Shown here: positions 33,761 to 42,559 of the stretch, piece after piece
How the letters are laid out: the number at the start of each line of letters is the position of its first letter
Position numbering within the stretch: position 1 is the first letter of the stretch
IMG/VR virus record: IMGVR_UViG_3300023301_000001
Span: 1 to 53,470 of that record
Length of the DNA stretch: 53,470 bases
Source: a virus
Lineage: Duplodnaviria; Caudoviricetes
Strand: one strand, 5' to 3'
Notes under the pieces: generated by a model
What the model was told of the DNA's origin: nothing
Database searches by the model: none
What the model saw: only the letters and a program-made list of their open reading frames with translations
Made by a program: the position numbers and the translations under genes

Positions 33761-33820
33761 ATGGGCGGCAAACCAAGTAAGGGAACCAAGCGCGATAAGC
33801 GACTCAAGGAGAACAAGTAA
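33761..33820 (+). CDS. 19-aa basic micropeptide MGGKPSKGTKRDKRLKENK
   Basis: AGGAGG RBS, upstream GGTAGGAT -10-like element, TAATG coupling to the portal. Confidence 0.6.
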   Translation: MGGKPSKGTKRDKRLKENK

Positions 33821-35391
33821 TGGCAACAGCGACCTTCAAGAGCCCATACTCATCGGCGCTCCCGTTTGTCTCTCAGGCGAGTATCGCGACGTGGTTGCCC
33901 GAGTATGACGCATACCGGACCGCTGCATATGGGCTGTATGATGACTTCTACTTCAACAGCCTGGACTCCTCCTCCACGCTCATCCGAGGCACCGATGACA
34001 AGCCGGTACTTGTGCCGACCGCCAAGCGGCTCATCAAGACGCTCTCGCGGTACATCGGGCGCAACTGGGGCTTCTCCATTCGACAGGCGCCAAACGTCGG
34101 CGCGGAGGTCGCTCCGACCTTGGATGACGCGACCCGGGAGGAACTCGCTGGCATCCTCTCGGCGCTCTGGGTCCGGGAGAACTTGGAGCAGAAGTTCACA
34201 ACCGGGAAGCGCTCCATGCTCCGGCGAGGCGACTGGATCTGGTACGTGCACGCCGACCCGCTCAAGCCTCCCGGCTCCCGGATCTCCATCGACGTCATCG
34301 ACCCGTCGACCTTCTTTGTGATCCTCTCGGAGGAGGACCCCACCAACGTCACCGGCGTACAGATCGTGGAGCAGTTCACGCTTGATGACGGCGAGACCGT
34401 CGTGGCCAAGGTCCAGCGCTGGCTCAAGACCTCGCACCCGGAGCACCCGGCCTACACCGAGGAGGGCGAGCCCGCATCCCGGGACATCGCCTATGACGTT
34501 CTGGCGTGGGAGCCTGAGGCGTGGTATGCTCCGGAGGATCGGAAGGCTGTGAGCGTCCCTTGGCAGGCCGCTCTGGAGGTCATCCCGGGCATCACCGCGC
34601 TCCCTCTGTACCACATCAAGAATGACCCCGCCGAGGGCGACCCGTATGGCCACTCGGAACTCTCCGGAGCCGAAAGCATTCTGGCGGCGATCAACCAAGG
34701 GATCTCTGACGAGGATCTCGCGCTGGCCATCTCCGGGCTCGGCATGTTCTGGACCGACTCCGGAGCGCCGGTGGACGCGGAAGGCAACGCGACCGACTGG
34801 GTGCTAGGCCCTCAGCGCGTCATCGAAATCGGCAACGGGAACAAGTTTGCGAGAGTCGACGGCATCACCTCGGTCAAGCCCTCTCAAGAGCACGTTGCCT
34901 ATCTGGAGGGCTCCGCGTTCGGAACGTCCGGCGTGAATGACGTCGCGCTCGGCAAGACCTCGGGTAACACCAAGTCCGGCATCGCGCTCGCCATCGAAAT
35001 GCAGCCGTTGTTCGACTACGCGGATGAGAAGGATGCCGTGATCAACGGCGTTCTGTCGCAGATGTTCCACGACCTCGTGACGATGTGGCTCCCGACCTAT
35101 GAGGGCGGCGAATGGCCAGGCGCGGCGGTGCTCTCGGTCTCGGAGTCCGGCGACCGGCTCCCATTTGACCGCGAGGCCCGATTCAAGGAACTGACCGAAG
35201 GCTACTTGTCTGGCATTCTGCCTCTCGGTTACGTGCTCCGGAAACTCCGCGAGGAGTTCGGCTATGACTTCACCGAGGATGAGGTCAAGGCCGCGCTTGC
35301 CGCCAAGGCGAATACCGACGCCACGAGTGCCGACCCCTACGCCGACCGCGTGACCCAGGAGAGCGCGGATGGCGACGCCCAAACCACCTAG
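33820..35391 (+). CDS. Portal protein
   Basis: 523 aa after terminase; RRGD, YGHSEL, SGIAL motifs of SPP1-type portals. Confidence 0.9.
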   Translation: MATATFKSPYSSALPFVSQASIATWLPEYDAYRTAAYGLYDDFYFNSLDSSSTLIRGTDDKPVLVPTAKRLIKTLSRYIGRNWGFSIRQAPNVGAEVAPTLDDATREELAGILSALWVRENLEQKFTTGKRSMLRRGDWIWYVHADPLKPPGSRISIDVIDPSTFFVILSEEDPTNVTGVQIVEQFTLDDGETVVAKVQRWLKTSHPEHPAYTEEGEPASRDIAYDVLAWEPEAWYAPEDRKAVSVPWQAALEVIPGITALPLYHIKNDPAEGDPYGHSELSGAESILAAINQGISDEDLALAISGLGMFWTDSGAPVDAEGNATDWVLGPQRVIEIGNGNKFARVDGITSVKPSQEHVAYLEGSAFGTSGVNDVALGKTSGNTKSGIALAIEMQPLFDYADEKDAVINGVLSQMFHDLVTMWLPTYEGGEWPGAAVLSVSESGDRLPFDREARFKELTEGYLSGILPLGYVLRKLREEFGYDFTEDEVKAALAAKANTDATSADPYADRVTQESADGDAQTT

Positions 35392-36244
35392 CAGTGCGAA
35401 CTATCCGCTGACCCAGTACCTCAAGGTGGAGCAGAAGTTCATGCCGGAGGTCAACGCCGCTCTCCAGACCTCCCGGGCTCAAATCGCAGATCGGCTCTCC
35501 TCCTCCACGCGTCCGCTCTCGGATCTCTCGCGGGCTCGCCTCCAGGCTGAACTTGAGGCAGTCAAGGCGCTCTCCAATTCCGCGTTTGACACAATCGGAA
35601 GCGTCGTGACTCGCGGGCAAGGAGCGGCGATGAGCGCGGCGTATGACACCATCCACGACTATGCCAGGCCGCTCCTCTCCACGACGATGTCGGCAGAGGT
35701 CATGGAGGCATTCTTCCAAGGAGAGAGCCGACGGGCGGCGGCGGGAATCCGGACCTACATGGACCGGCTCGGCGGCTCATACGTCCCGCTGTCAGATTCG
35801 GTCTACAACTCCAAGGCGTGGGTCAACAATCAAATCAACAAACGGGTCGATGTTGCGCTAGTTCGCGGGCTCTCCGCTCGGGAGTTCGCGGGCTCGGTGG
35901 TGGATCTTGTCAACCCAAACACGCCGGGCGGCGCAAGGTACGCCGCAAACCGGCTCGCCCGCACCGAGATCAACAATGCGTTCCACGTCGGCTCGGTCCG
36001 GGCGATGAATGAGAGCGGCGTTGTTGAATTGGTCGATTGGAAACTCTCCGGGAGCCACCCAAAGCCAGACCAGTGCAATGAGTATGCCGGTGACGGGCCG
36101 TATGAGGTGAACCGCGTCCCGAGTAAGCCGCACCCGCAGTGCTTCTGCTTCATCGTGCCGAACCTCCCGAGCCCGGAGGAGTTCCGGGCCAATCTCCTCT
36201 CGGGACGCTATGATGACACCTCGTGGGCAAATCTCGCTATATAG
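35369..36244 (+). CDS. MuF-like minor head protein
   Basis: RLARTEINNA, W.LS.SH...C, PHPQCFC. Confidence 0.85.
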   Translation: MATPKPPSSANYPLTQYLKVEQKFMPEVNAALQTSRAQIADRLSSSTRPLSDLSRARLQAELEAVKALSNSAFDTIGSVVTRGQGAAMSAAYDTIHDYARPLLSTTMSAEVMEAFFQGESRRAAAGIRTYMDRLGGSYVPLSDSVYNSKAWVNNQINKRVDVALVRGLSAREFAGSVVDLVNPNTPGGARYAANRLARTEINNAFHVGSVRAMNESGVVELVDWKLSGSHPKPDQCNEYAGDGPYEVNRVPSKPHPQCFCFIVPNLPSPEEFRANLLSGRYDDTSWANLAI

Positions 36245-36344
36245 CGTTTGTCAATATTTCCCGGCATTTGGTCCGGGCGAGGTTCCATTGCGCGGCTTTG
36301 ATTTCAGGTACGCTCGGAAGCGATATGACCCAAGGAGGGTAACT

Positions 36345-37061
36345 ATGAACAAGAGCAATGAGGACGCGATGTCCGACCTGCTTGACCGTGATGTGAGCGC
36401 GATGCTGCTGATCGGATCTGAAGGCGATGAGGACGAATCCGCGACGGATGAGGACTCGGATGACCTCCAGGATGACGGCGACGGCGACCCCAAGGGCGAT
36501 AAATCCAAGGACGGCGACGGCACCGAGGATGATGGCCAGGAAGATGATGCCGCGACGGCAAAGTTGAAGCGGACCATTACCAATTTGGAAGAGGAGCGCG
36601 GCAGGAACGCTGACAAGCGTGTTGCTGCGGAGAAGCGGGCGGAGAAGGCTGAAGGTGAATTGGCGGCGCTCAAAGCGAGCGGTGCCGGCGAGCCCGAAGC
36701 CAAGCAAGCCCTTGCGACTCTCACGGAAGAAGCGAACGGGCTGCGCGACCGAGTGCACGACATGGCTCTGGAAAACGCATTCCTGAAGGACAACGGACAC
36801 GAGTGGCAGGACGCCAGCGCGGCGCTCCGGCTCGCCGATCTCAAAGGTGTAGAGATCGATGAGGATGGAAGCGTTCACGGCCTGGATCTTGCCCTTGAGA
36901 AGTTGGCCAAGGCTTCCCCATGGCTCCTGCGTGAGGCCAAGACCAAGACCGCGCCGAAGAAGTCCGGGAGCCCGAGCGGCTCCAAGACCAATCAGCAAAA
37001 GTCGGGCGATGCCGAGCGCAAGCGCAAGTACACATCCAAGTACCCGGGGCTGCGGCGCTAG
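36345..37061 (+). CDS. Scaffolding protein
   Basis: Acidic N-terminus, coiled coil, PWLL, basic tail; AAGGAGG RBS; located before capsid genes. Confidence 0.8.
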   Translation: MNKSNEDAMSDLLDRDVSAMLLIGSEGDEDESATDEDSDDLQDDGDGDPKGDKSKDGDGTEDDGQEDDAATAKLKRTITNLEEERGRNADKRVAAEKRAEKAEGELAALKASGAGEPEAKQALATLTEEANGLRDRVHDMALENAFLKDNGHEWQDASAALRLADLKGVEIDEDGSVHGLDLALEKLAKASPWLLREAKTKTAPKKSGSPSGSKTNQQKSGDAERKRKYTSKYPGLRR

Positions 37062-37097
37062 TCGCTCCCCAATACATCACGGAAGGCAGGAGCAATA

Positions 37098-37463
37098 ATG
37101 GCTCGTGTGGACAAGACGGATAGCGCCATCGGCGTCACCCGCGCAATCCTCAGCGCCGATATCGCACCCGCCGACTATGGCATTCCTGTAGGCGTTTCAC
37201 TCAACGCCTCGGGCCTTGTCGTGGTTGGCGGAGGCGGTCAGACGGCCATCATCGGGATCTTGGTCCCGAACAAGTACGCGGCCACCCAGGGAGATCCCGT
37301 TGACATCATTCGCCACGGCGAGTTGGTCGACGTTGTCGGGCTCTCGGCTGGTACGGACATCTACGTTGACGCGACCACGGGCGCTCTCACGGAAGTGGCC
37401 ACGGCTAACGTCGCGACCGGCTTCACCGTTGAGGCCGACCGACTCGTGCTGACCGGATTCTAG
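37098..37463 (+). CDS. Capsid decoration/cement protein
   Basis: Small Gly/Val-rich beta protein between scaffold and major capsid genes. Confidence 0.65.
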   Translation: MARVDKTDSAIGVTRAILSADIAPADYGIPVGVSLNASGLVVVGGGGQTAIIGILVPNKYAATQGDPVDIIRHGELVDVVGLSAGTDIYVDATTGALTEVATANVATGFTVEADRLVLTGF

Positions 37464-37475
37464 GAGGAACCGGAA

Positions 37476-38630
37476 ATGAGCAACCTCATCACCCTTCCGG
37501 GCGGCATGATCCTCCCGAACCTTCACGGATCTGAGGGCGGCTTTAACCAGCAGTCTGACGTGCTCGTGAACCAGACCCTTGATGGGGTCGACTACAACGC
37601 GATGTGGGCCGAGTTCCAGGACACCATCGCCATCGGCAACGCGGAGCGAACGGCCATCGTGTCATTCCTCTCCTTTGGCGTGACCAAGAACATCGAACAG
37701 GTCACCCAACTCTCCGGCGCGGCGTTTGAGCGTGCCTCTGAGTACGGCGAGCCGCGCGGCATCCGTCAGACCCCGAGTTCCTTCAACATGGGGTATGACT
37801 TCCAGTGGTATGACCTGGCCATCCGCTACACGTGGCGGTTCCTCGCTGAGGCAGAATCTGCTCAGGTTGAGGCGCTTCACGCGGCGGCTCTGGAGGCCGA
37901 CAACCAACTGCTGTTTAAGTTGGTCATGAAGTCCCTGTTCAACCCGGTCAACCGCACCGCCGAGATCTCCGGCCAGGACGTGAACGTGTACGCCTTGTAC
38001 AACAATGACGGAACTGTTCCGCCTGCGTTCAAGTCGAACACGTTTGACGGTACTCACTCGCACTACCTCGCGAGCGGAGCCGCCACGGTCGACTCGGGCG
38101 ACCTGGACGCCATGATGGAGCACCTCCGCCACCACGGTTACTCCAAGGTCAACGGGCTGCAGCAGGTGATCGCCATGAACTCCTCGGAGGGCTCGGTGGT
38201 CACAGGGTTCCGGATCGCGAATGCGGACAAGTTTGACTTCATCCCCTCGCAGGCGAATGCCACGGCTCTGATTTTGGAGCCTGGCCAGTCTGTGTCCGGT
38301 GGTCAGCCCGCTTCCATGTACAAGGGTCTCAACGTCATCGGCTCCTACGGTGAAGCCCTCATCGTGGAAGATGACTTGTTCCCGGTCGGCTACATGACCG
38401 CGATTGCTACCGGAGGCCGCGACAACCTCGCCAACCCGGTCGGCATCCGCGAGCACGCGAACACCTCTTTGCGAGGCTTGCGCCTCGTGAAGGGTGCTGA
38501 CAACGATTACCCTCTGGTGGATTCCTTCTACCAGCGCGGTGCCGGCACGGGTATCCGTCACCGTGGTGGCTCGGTCGTCATGCAAATCACGGTGGGCGCT
38601 TACGCCGCGCCGACCCTGTACGACATCTAA
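37476..38630 (+). CDS. Major capsid protein
   Basis: 384 aa; FERASEYGEP; strong RBS and codon bias; synteny. Confidence 0.85.
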   Translation: MSNLITLPGGMILPNLHGSEGGFNQQSDVLVNQTLDGVDYNAMWAEFQDTIAIGNAERTAIVSFLSFGVTKNIEQVTQLSGAAFERASEYGEPRGIRQTPSSFNMGYDFQWYDLAIRYTWRFLAEAESAQVEALHAAALEADNQLLFKLVMKSLFNPVNRTAEISGQDVNVYALYNNDGTVPPAFKSNTFDGTHSHYLASGAATVDSGDLDAMMEHLRHHGYSKVNGLQQVIAMNSSEGSVVTGFRIANADKFDFIPSQANATALILEPGQSVSGGQPASMYKGLNVIGSYGEALIVEDDLFPVGYMTAIATGGRDNLANPVGIREHANTSLRGLRLVKGADNDYPLVDSFYQRGAGTGIRHRGGSVVMQITVGAYAAPTLYDI

Positions 38631-38636
38631 CAAGCC

Positions 38637-38684
38637 GGACCGGAGCGGGCGGGCAATGCCTCTCCTTGGCGCTCGCTCCGGTCC
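38637..38684 (+). terminator. Hairpin after major capsid gene
   Basis: ggaccggagcgggcg / cgctcgctccggtcc inverted repeat. Confidence 0.55.
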
Positions 38685-38704
38685 TCCCACCAAGGAGTAG
38701 GAAC

Positions 38705-39103
38705 ATGTCAAGAGAAATTGATTTCACCAGTCCGCTCAGCCCCTCTGATGCGCGTTACGCGGCGAGCCGCCCCTGGCTCGTGGACCGCTACCAGCGCGCG
38801 ACCGGCGAGACCGTCACCTATGAGGCCGAGGACGGCTCTGAGATGGCTTCTCCTGTGCCGGAGACCCCTGAGGGCTCCTCGCCTACCGGGAATGCCACTC
38901 CGAGTGGCGAGAGCACACAGGACGGGCCGGAGGATGAGACCTATGAGGACTGGAATGTTGCCGGACTCAAGGCCGAGATCCGAGCCCGCAACGAGCAGAT
39001 GGACGAGGATGACCAGATTGAGCCCGCTTCCGAGCGGAAGGTCGACCTCATCGCCGCCTTGGAGGCGGATGACGCCACCGCCGAGGATGACACAGACGCC
39101 TAG
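38705..39103 (+). CDS. Hypothetical virion-region protein with C-terminal HeH/SAP-like motif
   Basis: YEDWNVAGLKAEI...RKVDLIAAL. Confidence 0.7.
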   Translation: MSREIDFTSPLSPSDARYAASRPWLVDRYQRATGETVTYEAEDGSEMASPVPETPEGSSPTGNATPSGESTQDGPEDETYEDWNVAGLKAEIRARNEQMDEDDQIEPASERKVDLIAALEADDATAEDDTDA

Positions 39104-39171
39104 CACCTCCCGGCCCGAGCCTCTGCTGAGGCGGGCTCGGTCCGGGAACCGCTGGCAGAAGGAAGGATGAA

Positions 39172-39483
39172 ATGGCGACTGCAGCAGAGATCCTTGCCCT
39201 GAGGCGCTACATCAACCAAGAGACCAACACCGAGCCTTGGACTGATGAGACTCTCGGCGCCATGGTTGACGCCTCCGGCTCCTCCCGGCTCGCCGCCTCT
39301 CAATGGTGGGAAGGCGAGGCCGCAAAGGTCGCTCACCTCGTGGATATCTCGGAGGGCGGCTCCTCGCGGAAGATGTCCGAGGTCCACACCAACTACCTCG
39401 CACAGGCGGCGCGCTATGCAGGACCGGCTGGCGGCGAGATCCAGACCGCCGCAAGTCGCACGAGGCTCGCCACCCGGTACTGA
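39172..39483 (+). CDS. Head-to-tail adaptor
   Basis: Size, synteny, WEGEAA...VDISEGGSSR. Confidence 0.7.
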   Translation: MATAAEILALRRYINQETNTEPWTDETLGAMVDASGSSRLAASQWWEGEAAKVAHLVDISEGGSSRKMSEVHTNYLAQAARYAGPAGGEIQTAASRTRLATRY

Positions 39484-39484
39484 A

Positions 39485-39859
39485 ATGGACGCCACCGAAC
39501 TCGCCATCCACAGAGCGAACACCATCGCGTTCATCGCCGAGAATCCGACCGCCGTCACGCTCATCCCGAAGGTCGGCAAAGTCCGCATCCCGTCGGGCGG
39601 GTGGAGGGATGAGGATGCCATCCCGCGTTTGCCGCAGAGCCTCCGCATCATCGAACTCGGGAGCCGCTCAAACCCTCCAACCTTCCGCGCTCAAGACGGC
39701 TCGGTGCGTGAGGTCCATTTCTGGCTCCTCGGCACTTACGATGCCGACATGGAGCCGGGCGACCACTGGCAGGGAGCGACGGGCCGCCAATGGGAAGTCG
39801 CTGATGTAATTCGGTTCAACCACTATGAGGTCCGTGGCCTAGTTGTGGAGTATGGCTGA
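39485..39859 (+). CDS. Head-to-tail stopper
   Basis: Size, synteny, beta-rich. Confidence 0.65.
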   Translation: MDATELAIHRANTIAFIAENPTAVTLIPKVGKVRIPSGGWRDEDAIPRLPQSLRIIELGSRSNPPTFRAQDGSVREVHFWLLGTYDADMEPGDHWQGATGRQWEVADVIRFNHYEVRGLVVEYG

Positions 39860-40257
39860 TGGCCAGAAGCATGATGTCAACGCGGAGCGGATTCCATTGG
39901 ACATCCGATGAGATCTCGCCGTCGCTCGGGGCTGCCAAAGTCAAGGCGCTCTTGTACATGGACAAGATCACCAAATTCCACGGACAAGCAGCGGTACGCT
40001 ATGCGCGGCTCAACGCTCCTTGGAATGACATAACCGGCAATGCCAGAGAAGGTCTGGATGTGTCAACGCGGTCCAACCCCGCAGCCGGCAATTGGCAGAT
40101 TGAGTTGTACCACAAGATGAATTACGGCATCTGGCTTGAGATCCGATGGGCCGGACGTTACGCGATCATCGTCCCGACAATTGAGCACGAGGCTCCTCTG
40201 TACTTTGAGTCGGCGGCGGACATCCTCAACGCTATGTTCCCGGGAGGCAAACTGTGA
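39859..40257 (+). CDS. HK97 gp10-like neck/tail completion protein
   Basis: APWNDITGNAR, YGIWLE, YAIIVPT. Confidence 0.75.
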   Translation: MARSMMSTRSGFHWTSDEISPSLGAAKVKALLYMDKITKFHGQAAVRYARLNAPWNDITGNAREGLDVSTRSNPAAGNWQIELYHKMNYGIWLEIRWAGRYAIIVPTIEHEAPLYFESAADILNAMFPGGKL

Positions 40258-40667
40258 GTAACGTTCGCGAGACTATCGCCGAGGCGCTCAACACCGACGC
40301 CATCCTGCGGGCTCTCGGGCTCCCTCTGAATGCCGTGTACCAGGCTGACACGATGGACTCGCCGACCGTGTTCCCGTTCATCGTTCTGCGGTGGACCGAT
40401 ACGCTGCTAGGGATCGCCGATATCACCCGCAGGCCGTTTGAGATCTGGTGCTATGGCGGAGAAGGCGACATCACCGGCGCGGAGGATATCGGGCACCGCG
40501 CGCTATCTGTTGTCAACGCCATCTCTGGTCAAGCGGTGGATAATGGGATTATCTTGGCGGTGGAGATCCGGGGCAACGCGCTCGGGCGAGGTCGCGACAT
40601 GTTTGATGACGGGTTCAATTCTCTCGTCATCCCGTTCCGGGCGCTTGCTGTGGCCCGGGGCGTGTAA
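40254..40667 (+). CDS. Tail terminator
   Basis: PFIVLRW; synteny. Confidence 0.65.
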   Translation: MSNVRETIAEALNTDAILRALGLPLNAVYQADTMDSPTVFPFIVLRWTDTLLGIADITRRPFEIWCYGGEGDITGAEDIGHRALSVVNAISGQAVDNGIILAVEIRGNALGRGRDMFDDGFNSLVIPFRALAVARGV

Positions 40668-40694
40668 CGGGTAGGATCAAACCAAGAGAGAGGA

Positions 40695-40958
40695 ATGGAA
40701 ATGGCTGAGAAGAAGTCAGAAGCCCCAAAGGCGGAAGCACCAAAGGCGACCGTCAGCGAGGCTCGCGGGATCAGTTGGAAGGGAGTTGCCACCCGGCGCG
40801 TAATGACCGCCGCAAACCTGGAGGCGCTTGGGCTCAAGGGAGTCTCCAAGGATCTGGAATGGAACCGCGCCAATAAGTTCTTCATCTCGGATGAGGACAT
40901 GGGCGGTCCCTCGGTCGGCGACGCGCTCGCAGAGCACGCCGGATTCACGCGGGTCTGA
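40695..40958 (+). CDS. Hypothetical protein
   Basis: GAGAGG RBS; upstream GGTAGGAT. Confidence 0.65.
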   Translation: MEMAEKKSEAPKAEAPKATVSEARGISWKGVATRRVMTAANLEALGLKGVSKDLEWNRANKFFISDEDMGGPSVGDALAEHAGFTRV

Positions 40959-40959
40959 T

Positions 40960-41145
40960 ATGGAACTCCGCTGCTCCTCAAAGAAGCACGGCGTCATGCT
41001 ATCTGACTCTCTGTTTGAGGTCAAGTGTGACTCGCGCTTTTGCGGGGCTCGGCGAGGCGTGGTTGTCCTTCACCGGATTGACATCAAGAGCGGTGAAATG
41101 ATCTCCACGGTCAAGTACAAAAATCCAAATAGCAGGAAGGAATAA
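40960..41145 (+). CDS. Small Zn-ribbon protein (Mu Com-like)
   Basis: ELRC...H...EVKC...C pattern. Confidence 0.55.
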   Translation: MELRCSSKKHGVMLSDSLFEVKCDSRFCGARRGVVVLHRIDIKSGEMISTVKYKNPNSRKE

Positions 41146-41150
41146 ACGAC

Positions 41151-41687
41151 ATGGGAACTCCACTGCCTTACGGTCTCCGCGACATCAAGTTGACGGCATA
41201 CACCGATATGGCCGGTACGATTCTGGATGTGGCCGGAATCGACCTCCCCAACGCAAGAACGCTCTCATTCTCCGAGGTGGAGGACTTTCAGGAACTCCGA
41301 GGCGATGACCGCGTGGTCGCACAGCACGGCTCCGGACCCACCGTTGAGTGGGACATGGAGTCTGGCGGACTCCCGTTTGAGGCGTTCCAACTCATGGCGG
41401 GCGGCGAGGTCACCGAGACCGGAACCGCTCCGGACACCGTGGTCACCTACGCCAAGAAGTCGACGGATGCAAGGCCCTGGTTCAAGATTGAGGGCCAAGC
41501 AATCTCCGACAGCGGCGGCGACGTCCACTGCATCATCTACAAGGCAAAGGCCACCGGAGATCTCTCCGGCGAGTTCACGGATGGCGACTTCTTCCTGACG
41601 TCGGCTTCCGGCCTCGGCATCGGTGATGCCGACGACAAGTTGTACGATTTCGTGAACAACGTTGCGGCACCTGTCGCAAGCGTTTAG
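41151..41687 (+). CDS. Major tail protein
   Basis: PYGLRDIK, ELRGDD, RPWFKIEG; located before chaperones and tape measure. Confidence 0.85.
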   Translation: MGTPLPYGLRDIKLTAYTDMAGTILDVAGIDLPNARTLSFSEVEDFQELRGDDRVVAQHGSGPTVEWDMESGGLPFEAFQLMAGGEVTETGTAPDTVVTYAKKSTDARPWFKIEGQAISDSGGDVHCIIYKAKATGDLSGEFTDGDFFLTSASGLGIGDADDKLYDFVNNVAAPVASV

Positions 41688-41718
41688 TTCACAAAGGTAG
41701 CGTGAAAGGAGCACTAGG

Positions 41719-42312
41719 ATGCCTGCTACTGATTCTGCCCCAAAGGGTGGAGCGAAGAAGAACAAGAACAAAAACACAAGCGGCTCGCAAGGATTTGGCC
41801 GCCAGAAGTTCATCATCCAACTCAAGGTCCCTTCCGGATCGACAATTGGCGTTATCCGGCCCGGGGTCCAGGGCTTGATGAAGGCTGGGATCTTGGAGAG
41901 CCTTGACACGCTCACCGGGATTGTCCAGTCAGAGACCATCCCGAAGGCGGAAGGCAAGAAGGCCGACGCGGCGGGCAAGGGATTCATGGCAGATCCGGAA
42001 GCGGTCGCCAAGATGTTCACGATGGTCGACAAGATCGCCGTGCACGTCGTGCGCGAGCCCCGGTTGCTCCCGGTCCCTACGCAGGAGGACCTTGACGCCT
42101 ACAACGCCGAGCACGAGGATGCGCCGCTGGAGGACCCGGATGACCTCCGGGAGGATCGCGCCTATGTCGACTATGTTGACGAAATGGACAAGATGTTCAT
42201 TATGCAATACGTTGTCGGAGGCTCTGCCGACTTGGCGAAGTTTCGCAAGGAGTCCAAGACTGCTTTGGGAGGCATTCTCGCTGGCCAAGCAGATGAGGAT
42301 CAGACCGAGTAG
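41719..42312 (+). CDS. Tail assembly chaperone (gpG-like)
   Basis: Between major tail and tape measure; AAGGAG RBS. Confidence 0.8.
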   Translation: MPATDSAPKGGAKKNKNKNTSGSQGFGRQKFIIQLKVPSGSTIGVIRPGVQGLMKAGILESLDTLTGIVQSETIPKAEGKKADAAGKGFMADPEAVAKMFTMVDKIAVHVVREPRLLPVPTQEDLDAYNAEHEDAPLEDPDDLREDRAYVDYVDEMDKMFIMQYVVGGSADLAKFRKESKTALGGILAGQADEDQTE

Positions 42313-42553
42313 CCTGTATGGAATCGATGAGGAGTTGACGGCATGGAGTTTCGACCGCGCGGTGCAGACCTTTGGGAATGCGCTGGAGTCGAAACTCCAA
42401 TTGACTGCTCGCTCCGCAAAGAAGCAAAAGGAAGCCGAGCGCCGTGTGGACCGCGAGTTGTCCAAATGGCTCACCTCTGCCGACGGGCCGGAAACATCAG
42501 CGAGCAAAGGAAGGTATGCCGACCCTGCGTTGGCCATGAGACCCCGGAGGTGA
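42242..42553 (+). CDS. Tail assembly chaperone extension (gpT-like), in the +1 frame
   Basis: Overlapping open frame FARSPRLLWEAF...RPSSLYGI...FDRAV; no well-spaced RBS. Confidence 0.65.
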   Translation, partial: FARSPRLLWEAFSLAKQMRIRPSSLYGIDEELTAWSFDRAVQTFGNALESKLQLTARSAKKQKEAERRVDRELSKWLTSADGPETSASKGRYADPALAMRPRR

Positions 42554-42559
42554 TGCGCC

